From Candidatus Magasanikiibacteriota bacterium (GTDB lineage: Bacteria; Patescibacteriota; Patescibacteriia; Magasanikbacterales; 2-02-FULL-50-9b), in contig CALRDW010000002.1 of assembly GCA_943355025.1 (NCBI GenBank), forward strand, positions 7,252 through 71,251: a DNA stretch of 64,000 bases. Direction: 5' to 3'. The stretch's first letter is position 1. The number at the start of each line of letters is the position of its first letter. The notes beneath the pieces were generated by a model that ran no database searches, was not told the origin of the DNA, and saw only the letters and a list, made by a program, of their open reading frames with translations. Positions 58,381 through 64,000 of this stretch are shown here, piece after piece. Made by a program: the position numbers and the translations under genes.

Positions 58381-59670
58381 ATGGTTGATATTGCAGTACT
58401 TAAGCCAAAAATTGGCGAAACTCTTGAGCTCACTGGGTGGGTGTTTAATTTCCGTTCGTCGGGCAGTATTTATTTTTTGCAGCTACGAGATGGCACAGGG
58501 CGAATCCAGATTGTGTTCTCGAAGAGTGAGGTTGACGACGCAACATGGGAAGCATTGCAATCAATAACAATGGAAACCTCTGTTGTCGTATCCGGTCTCG
58601 TTAAGGCAGAACCGCGTGCTCCGTCTGGTATTGAAATGCAGGGCGTATCGTGTCGCATTCTTTCACTAGCGGGGGAGTATCCAATTTCAAAAAAAGAACA
58701 CGGGATTGAATTTTTGATGGATAATCGTCACTTATGGTTGCGGTCAGTTCGTCAAGAAGCAATTATGCGTATACGAAGTGAGATAGAATTTGCACTGCGC
58801 GAATTTTTTTATGTGCGTAACTTTATTTTGACGGATTCTCCAGAATTCACGCCGAATGCATGCGAAGGAACAACAGATTTGTTTGAGGTGAAATATTTTG
58901 ATGATGTTGCGTATTTATCGCAGTCTGGTCAATTATACCTTGAGGCAACATCATCAGCACTCAAACGAACATATTGTTTTGGCCCAACGTTCCGCAGCGA
59001 AAAATCAAAAACACGTCGACATCTTACAGAGTTTTGGATGCTTGAGGCTGAAGCAAGCTTCATGAATCAGGCAGAAAATATGCAGCTTCAAGAAGAGATG
59101 TTATCTTTTGTTATATCGCGCGTTCTTGAGCGTCGCGATGATGATTTGAAAACATTGGAGCGAGATACAACGTTTCTGAAAAATGCAGCGGAAGGAAATT
59201 ATCCGCGTATTAAATATATTGATGCGATTAAGGAGTTACAAAAGTTGGGTTCTGATATTAAAGAAGGTGATGATCTTGGTGCTGACGATGAAACAATTTT
59301 GACAAAGCAATATGACCGTCCAATTTTCGTCACAGAGTATCCTGTTGAGATAAAATCATTTTATATGAAGCCGGATCCGGAAAATCCAAGTTATGTTTTG
59401 AATGCAGATATGTTAGCACCGGAAGGGTATGGTGAAATTATCGGCGGCTCAGAGCGTATTGATGATTTAAAATTGCTTGAGGAGCGGATTAAGCAACACA
59501 ATTTACCTGCTGAGGCATTTAGTTGGTATACCGATATCCGTCGGTATGGCAGTGTGCCGCACTCAGGTTTTGGTATTGGTCTCGAGAGAACCGTTTCATG
59601 GGTCTGCGGTCTTGAACACGTGCGCGAGTCCATCCCGTTTCCACGCCTTATTAATCGTTTATCACCGTAA
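58381..59670 (+). CDS. asnS: class IIb aminoacyl-tRNA synthetase, asparaginyl-tRNA synthetase-like
   Basis: N-terminal OB-fold anticodon-binding domain and class II motifs (FRSE...R; GGSERIDD; GFGIGLER). ~430 aa, matching the size of AsnRS or archaeal-type AspRS. Start set at ATG 58381. Confidence 0.75.
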   Translation: MVDIAVLKPKIGETLELTGWVFNFRSSGSIYFLQLRDGTGRIQIVFSKSEVDDATWEALQSITMETSVVVSGLVKAEPRAPSGIEMQGVSCRILSLAGEYPISKKEHGIEFLMDNRHLWLRSVRQEAIMRIRSEIEFALREFFYVRNFILTDSPEFTPNACEGTTDLFEVKYFDDVAYLSQSGQLYLEATSSALKRTYCFGPTFRSEKSKTRRHLTEFWMLEAEASFMNQAENMQLQEEMLSFVISRVLERRDDDLKTLERDTTFLKNAAEGNYPRIKYIDAIKELQKLGSDIKEGDDLGADDETILTKQYDRPIFVTEYPVEIKSFYMKPDPENPSYVLNADMLAPEGYGEIIGGSERIDDLKLLEERIKQHNLPAEAFSWYTDIRRYGSVPHSGFGIGLERTVSWVCGLEHVRESIPFPRLINRLSP

Positions 59671-59672
59671 GT

Positions 59673-61055
59673 ATGACAGAACAGCGCTCCTTTATTTATG
59701 CAAGTTTATTCTGCTGCTTTGTTTTTGTTGGCGCAGGCTGCTCCAACATGCGTGTGCTGGGTGTTCAGCGACCGTCTGTATCTAATACAGCGACCTCAAC
59801 AGTAAGCTCTGAACACGCCAAACCCGGCATATTTTTAGTTCCCGTGCGACCCGATATTACAACATCGACAAATGTTTTTGATCAGGCTCTTCGAGATCGC
59901 GATGCTTCGGGGTTAGAGCGAGAGATTGCGGTGAGCGTACATCAGCGAATTGGAGACGAGCTTGCGGATGATGAATTTTTAGCGCTTGAAACTACATCGA
60001 CGCAAGCTACCCGATATAGTTATTTTAGTGTGCACTGCGCGCATGAATGTTCTGGCGGACGATTATTTGTATTTGATAAAGTGACGCAACAATTCTTGAA
60101 TTCGGGGATTGGTGGACAGTTGCGTAGCGGCGCAGGAGTTACGCTATTTTTTTCGCCAGATCGCAATAAAATAGCGCGTGTAACTAATGAGGAATCAGGT
60201 AGAGAAATGGTTTCTATTATTGACTCTAACTTGCTTAGAATCACGGAGCAATTCGTAGTCCCATCAAATGAAATTCTGCTCAGCACAGAAACAAGTACTA
60301 CAACTAATAAATTAATTGGGGTTCAAGCCTCGTGGATTAATAATTCTGATTTTGAATTTTCAGTGTATAATGCTGCTCTAAAAAAAGATGGATCGCACGA
60401 ATTAAAGGAAAAGAAGTTGATTGATACTACTGAAACATTAGAAAATCTAAAAGATTCTGAAAAAAAAGACGAAGTCTCCTTCATATATGATGGGGCGAGC
60501 GACACATTATTTAACGAGGCAACATCAAGCCTGCGCGTCGCTGTAAAATATGATGTTTTTGGCGAAGACTCTGCGCATGGCGAATGCACAGTGATTGGTG
60601 CAACAGCGTCGCAGATCCCATATGTTGTTTTTGAGTGTTTTATTGGCGTCGGAGATGGGCCAGCAATGTATGGAATAAAAATAATGGACAAAAAAACATT
60701 TGAATTTTCTACGAAAGAGCTTCCGGCTGTTGCGCAAGGAAATTTTTTAGGTAATACATTCTTGTCACCTGACAAAAGCGCGCTTGCAATCGTTGGTGTA
60801 CCGCGTGACGATGGAGTGGTTCAGGTTTCTGTTTTAGATTTGACAACGCTGAGTCAGATTGCCACATATTCGTTTGCGTCAGGGGACACGCCGCTAGCAA
60901 CACTTGAAAATACGTACACACCAGCACCACCTTTTGGAAAAGAAACCAAATGGAAAGGACAGACTGTTTTTGCAATCGGAAGATATCACGGAGAGCCGAC
61001 GCACAAATCGCGTAAGCCGCTTCAAGTTATCGAACTCAAAACAAAAAATAAATAG
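59673..61055 (+). CDS. hypothetical secreted/lipoprotein
   Basis: N-terminal hydrophobic segment ending FVGAGCS (lipobox-like). 460 aa. No assignable domain. Confidence 0.45.
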   Translation: MTEQRSFIYASLFCCFVFVGAGCSNMRVLGVQRPSVSNTATSTVSSEHAKPGIFLVPVRPDITTSTNVFDQALRDRDASGLEREIAVSVHQRIGDELADDEFLALETTSTQATRYSYFSVHCAHECSGGRLFVFDKVTQQFLNSGIGGQLRSGAGVTLFFSPDRNKIARVTNEESGREMVSIIDSNLLRITEQFVVPSNEILLSTETSTTTNKLIGVQASWINNSDFEFSVYNAALKKDGSHELKEKKLIDTTETLENLKDSEKKDEVSFIYDGASDTLFNEATSSLRVAVKYDVFGEDSAHGECTVIGATASQIPYVVFECFIGVGDGPAMYGIKIMDKKTFEFSTKELPAVAQGNFLGNTFLSPDKSALAIVGVPRDDGVVQVSVLDLTTLSQIATYSFASGDTPLATLENTYTPAPPFGKETKWKGQTVFAIGRYHGEPTHKSRKPLQVIELKTKNK

Positions 61056-61060
61056 TCGGC

Positions 61061-61750
61061 ATGTTTACTTTTGTACAGGAACAATTTAGCGGACCACTTG
61101 ATTTACTGCTGCAGGTTATTGAGGAGCAGAAATTAAAAATCACTGAAGTTTCACTTGCAAAAGTTACCGATGGATACCTTAAATATGTTCAGTCGAGCGG
61201 CTTGGTTGACGAGTGGGAAATGGTTGATTTTTTGCTAACTGCAGCAAAATTATTGTATCTAAAATCCAAGGAGCTGCTGCCGATTTCATTACCCGATGAT
61301 GAATCTGCAACCGATCTTGCGGGGCAGCTCAAGATGTATGCGCAGTTTGTTCGTGCGGCTGAAGAAGTAAAAGAGATGCTGCTCCGTCGAAATTTTATGT
61401 ATGCGCGTGAGATGATTACGATTAAAGCAACAGGATTTCAGCCGCCTAAAATGATTACTTCGCATAAAATCCACTCCGTGTTTGCTCAAATCATTGAGCG
61501 CTTTAAGCCGCAGAAACTTGAGGAGGTTGAAGTAAAAAAAATCATGTCTATAAAAGAGAAAATTGATGCGGTACAAGATTTGCTCTCGACATTCAAGCGC
61601 ACAACATTTAAGGATTTAATTGCTGATCCAAAATCGCGTGCTGATGTTATTGTTACGTTTCTTGCGCTCCTCGAACTTGTTAAACAACGAACGGTATTTA
61701 TTTCTCAACAAGCACATTTCGATCATATTCATGTTGAACGAACACTATGA
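61061..61750 (+). CDS. scpA: segregation and condensation protein A
   Basis: F.GPLDLLLQVIEEQKLKITEVSLAKVTDGYLKYV is the ScpA N-terminal signature. Confidence 0.85.
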   Translation: MFTFVQEQFSGPLDLLLQVIEEQKLKITEVSLAKVTDGYLKYVQSSGLVDEWEMVDFLLTAAKLLYLKSKELLPISLPDDESATDLAGQLKMYAQFVRAAEEVKEMLLRRNFMYAREMITIKATGFQPPKMITSHKIHSVFAQIIERFKPQKLEEVEVKKIMSIKEKIDAVQDLLSTFKRTTFKDLIADPKSRADVIVTFLALLELVKQRTVFISQQAHFDHIHVERTL

Positions 61751-62283
61751 CAAAAGCACATCTTGAAGCATTACTTTTTGTTTCATCAAAACCATTTACG
61801 ACTAAAGGATTATCAAAAATGTTGAATGTTGGTGAAGATCAAATCGACGCCTGGCTTGACGAACTTACAGAAATGTATAACGATGAAGCACGAGGAATGC
61901 GAGTTGTTCGAAATGGAGCCGAAGTTCAGATGTTCAGCGCGCCAAATTGTCGCGAGCTTGTCGAAGAATTTCTGAAAGAGGAAATTACCGGAGAGCTCAC
62001 ACGGCCACAACTTGAAACATTAACGATTGTCGCGTATCGCGGGCCGATATCAAAACCAGACATTGAGCAGATTCGAGGAATTAACTGCACACTCATTTTG
62101 CGTAATCTGGAGTGGCGTGGATTGGTTGAAGAGACCGATATGTCAACGCCCGAAATTCCGGCGTACCGCGTTACGCTTGATTTTGTGAGGTATCTTGGGC
62201 TAACTTCAGTTGAGGAGTTGCCACAGTATGAAGCAATGAATGTATGCGAAGTTTTGTCACCATCATCATCCTCGCTGCAATAA
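61747..62283 (+). CDS. scpB: segregation and condensation protein B
   Basis: LEALLFVSSKPFT and tandem winged-helix domains. 4-nt overlap with scpA. Confidence 0.85.
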   Translation: MTKAHLEALLFVSSKPFTTKGLSKMLNVGEDQIDAWLDELTEMYNDEARGMRVVRNGAEVQMFSAPNCRELVEEFLKEEITGELTRPQLETLTIVAYRGPISKPDIEQIRGINCTLILRNLEWRGLVEETDMSTPEIPAYRVTLDFVRYLGLTSVEELPQYEAMNVCEVLSPSSSSLQ

Positions 62284-63233
62284 TCGGTTTATTTACTGCG
62301 CGACAACAGTTCGCCTTGCATACAAGGGATAATGGCGCGATAGGCACGCTTGTTAAGTTGTCGGATATTGCCGCAGGACCACTGCAACAATTTGTTCCGC
62401 AGCAAGCGAAGCCAAAGCCCGAGCCACTTCCTCCTGTTAACGAGGCCGGTATTTTATTTGAAAAAAAAATTTCAGCACAATCCGCAATCGTTGTTGATGA
62501 GGTAACCGATGCGGTGCTTTATGAAAAAAATGCTGATGAGGCGCGGCCACTCGCCTCTATTTCAAAATTAATGAGCGCGCTTATTATTGTCGAACATATT
62601 GATGATTGGAGTGCGACAACAACGATTGAAGCAGAAGACATTGGAGAGGGAAATCAAACTATCGCGGTCGGTGAAGTTTACACGCTGCATGATTTATTTA
62701 ACGCAGCACTTGTTGGTTCTTACAATACTGCAATAAATACCTTGGTGCGCGCAACGGGTTTGTCGCGCACGGCGTTTGCAGGGGAGATGAACCAAAGGGC
62801 GCTAGACTTAGGCATGCGCAAAATGCATTTTGCTGAGGCAACGGGTCTTTCTCCAGAAAATGTTGCGAGTGCTAGAGACGTTGCTCGATTAACAAAGATA
62901 ATTTTATCTGAGCCGCGAATTAAAATTACAACGCTTACAGAACACACAACGATTACAGATTTACATACACATAAGAAAAAAATCGTGAAGGCAACCGATT
63001 GGCTTGTGAGCTCCGTCGTAAAATTAGATATCGCGGCAGTTGAAGGCGGTAAAACCGGTTATATTCCCGAATCAGGATACAATTTTACTGTCGAGCTTAA
63101 AAATCATGAAGGTCACGAGATACGCGTCGTCGTTCTTGGTTCAAAAGATGTGTTCAGTCGTTTTACAGAAACAGCCGATTTAGCAACCTGGGCATTTCAG
63201 AATTATTCTTGGGAAAATATTTTGAGCGAATAA
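62244..63233 (+). CDS. D-alanyl-D-alanine carboxypeptidase (peptidase S11, PBP5/6-like)
   Basis: SxxK as SISKLM, SxN as SYNTA, KTG as GKTGY. N-terminal signal/TM segment. Confidence 0.8.
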   Translation: MRSFVTIIILAAIIGLFTARQQFALHTRDNGAIGTLVKLSDIAAGPLQQFVPQQAKPKPEPLPPVNEAGILFEKKISAQSAIVVDEVTDAVLYEKNADEARPLASISKLMSALIIVEHIDDWSATTTIEAEDIGEGNQTIAVGEVYTLHDLFNAALVGSYNTAINTLVRATGLSRTAFAGEMNQRALDLGMRKMHFAEATGLSPENVASARDVARLTKIILSEPRIKITTLTEHTTITDLHTHKKKIVKATDWLVSSVVKLDIAAVEGGKTGYIPESGYNFTVELKNHEGHEIRVVVLGSKDVFSRFTETADLATWAFQNYSWENILSE

Positions 63234-63260
63234 AAAACTGATTCAATGAATCAGTTTTGG

Positions 63261-63818
63261 CTAGTTATCGTTTTCAAGATCCTCAAGCCACAGATCGGAT
63301 GTTGAGTAAGAATTTTGTTCAGCCCACTCTCGCTCAGTAAATTTATTCAGACGACGCATCACTTCAAGAAGTGATGATTTTGCTTGTCGTCGAACAATCA
63401 TTGCTTCGAGTGGCTTACGCTGAAACGTTTTTGGGTTGATATATTCGGTATTTGCATACGTAGCATCAACGCGCTGTATGAATTTACGAAGTCCCATATG
63501 CGAAATGCCTTTACCAAGAAATAAGAATCGCTCCTTGCTCAAGATTACGATTTCATCCATCGTGGTGCTCGGCAGATGTCTGCGGGTGACGAGCATGCTT
63601 TTGGTAGAGGTATTGATAATAGCATAAAGTCCTTCGCGAGAAAGCCAACGAAGACTGTGTGAAATATCATGCCAGCCAAAGCTGTTTACGATGTCGTAAA
63701 TGTCCGCAAGAAGAGATGGATTAAGATATGGATCAAGAACCGCAATGAGCTCCAGCGGAAAAAGAGCCAACTCCATTTCAGTTATTTTTCGGTGCGGCAC
63801 GTATTGTTCAGCGTCCAT
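63261..63818 (-). CDS. hypothetical protein
   Basis: 185-aa ORF with no assignable motif. A tRNA gene lies immediately downstream. Confidence 0.4.
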   Translation of the reverse strand: MDAEQYVPHRKITEMELALFPLELIAVLDPYLNPSLLADIYDIVNSFGWHDISHSLRWLSREGLYAIINTSTKSMLVTRRHLPSTTMDEIVILSKERFLFLGKGISHMGLRKFIQRVDATYANTEYINPKTFQRKPLEAMIVRRQAKSSLLEVMRRLNKFTEREWAEQNSYSTSDLWLEDLENDN

Positions 63819-63860
63819 CAGTTCCTCTCGCAGCTAAATTTTTTTGCTGCTTTTTAAAAT

Positions 63861-63933
<73 letters not shown>

Positions 63934-64000
63934 GCCTTGAGGAAAAATCAAAAGCATATTTTTCCTATTTAAATTTTTCGAATGCCCAGAGAGAGAATCG

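Overview
This window reads as a low-GC (~40%), gene-dense bacterial chromosome segment with features of CPR/Patescibacteria-type genomes (L30 missing between rpsE and rplO, ribosomal proteins carrying extensions, compact overlapping genes). It has three parts.

(i) Positions 1..~2450 and ~28200..32050 are two compositionally GC-richer islands that encode only hypothetical proteins. Each island holds one member of a two-copy paralog family (48..884 and 29790..30992). Each island also carries one copy of a ~195-bp direct repeat (2451..2647 and 29622..29818). The repeat contains a ~90-nt nested hairpin whose stems differ between the two copies by fully compensatory substitutions. This is followed by an extended -10 box (TGTTATACT) placed exactly 6 nt before an ATG, which suggests a leaderless start. 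I consider this element the most novel signal in the window.

(ii) Between the islands (2.7..28.2 kb) lies a ~26-kb cell-surface glycan and modified-sugar biosynthesis locus. It encodes:
- four GT4 glycosyltransferases;
- a GT2 polyprenyl-phosphate glycosyltransferase paired with a GT-C-like membrane protein that has a DE motif;
- gmd;
- a Wzx-like flippase;
- two DegT aminotransferases;
- an APH-fold kinase, a class-III aminotransferase, a HAD hydrolase, a Gfo/Idh/MocA oxidoreductase, a cytidylyltransferase, a PseB-like 4,6-dehydratase, a TagF/KpsS-like protein, a C-methyltransferase, an FdtA-like cupin and further methyltransferases;
- a truncated UDP-glucose-dehydrogenase-like protein;
- two SDR epimerases/dehydratases;
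- an isolated rpmB;
- an S2P-type protease.

After island 2 come a divergent acetoacetyl-CoA synthetase/thiolase pair, a sugar N-formyltransferase, a PIG-L deacetylase and a GNAT.

(iii) From 37.3 kb onward is the str/S10/spc/alpha ribosomal supercluster: rpsL-rpsG-fusA-[2.6-kb insertion: hypothetical MTase-like protein, antisense GT4, YefM-like small ORF]-tuf-rpsJ...rplO-secY-adk-map. It is followed by ruvX, recO, a DedA-like protein, asnS, a lipoprotein, scpA, scpB, a D-Ala-D-Ala carboxypeptidase and a tRNA(CAU) on the minus strand. No CRISPR array, rRNA or obvious transposase was seen.
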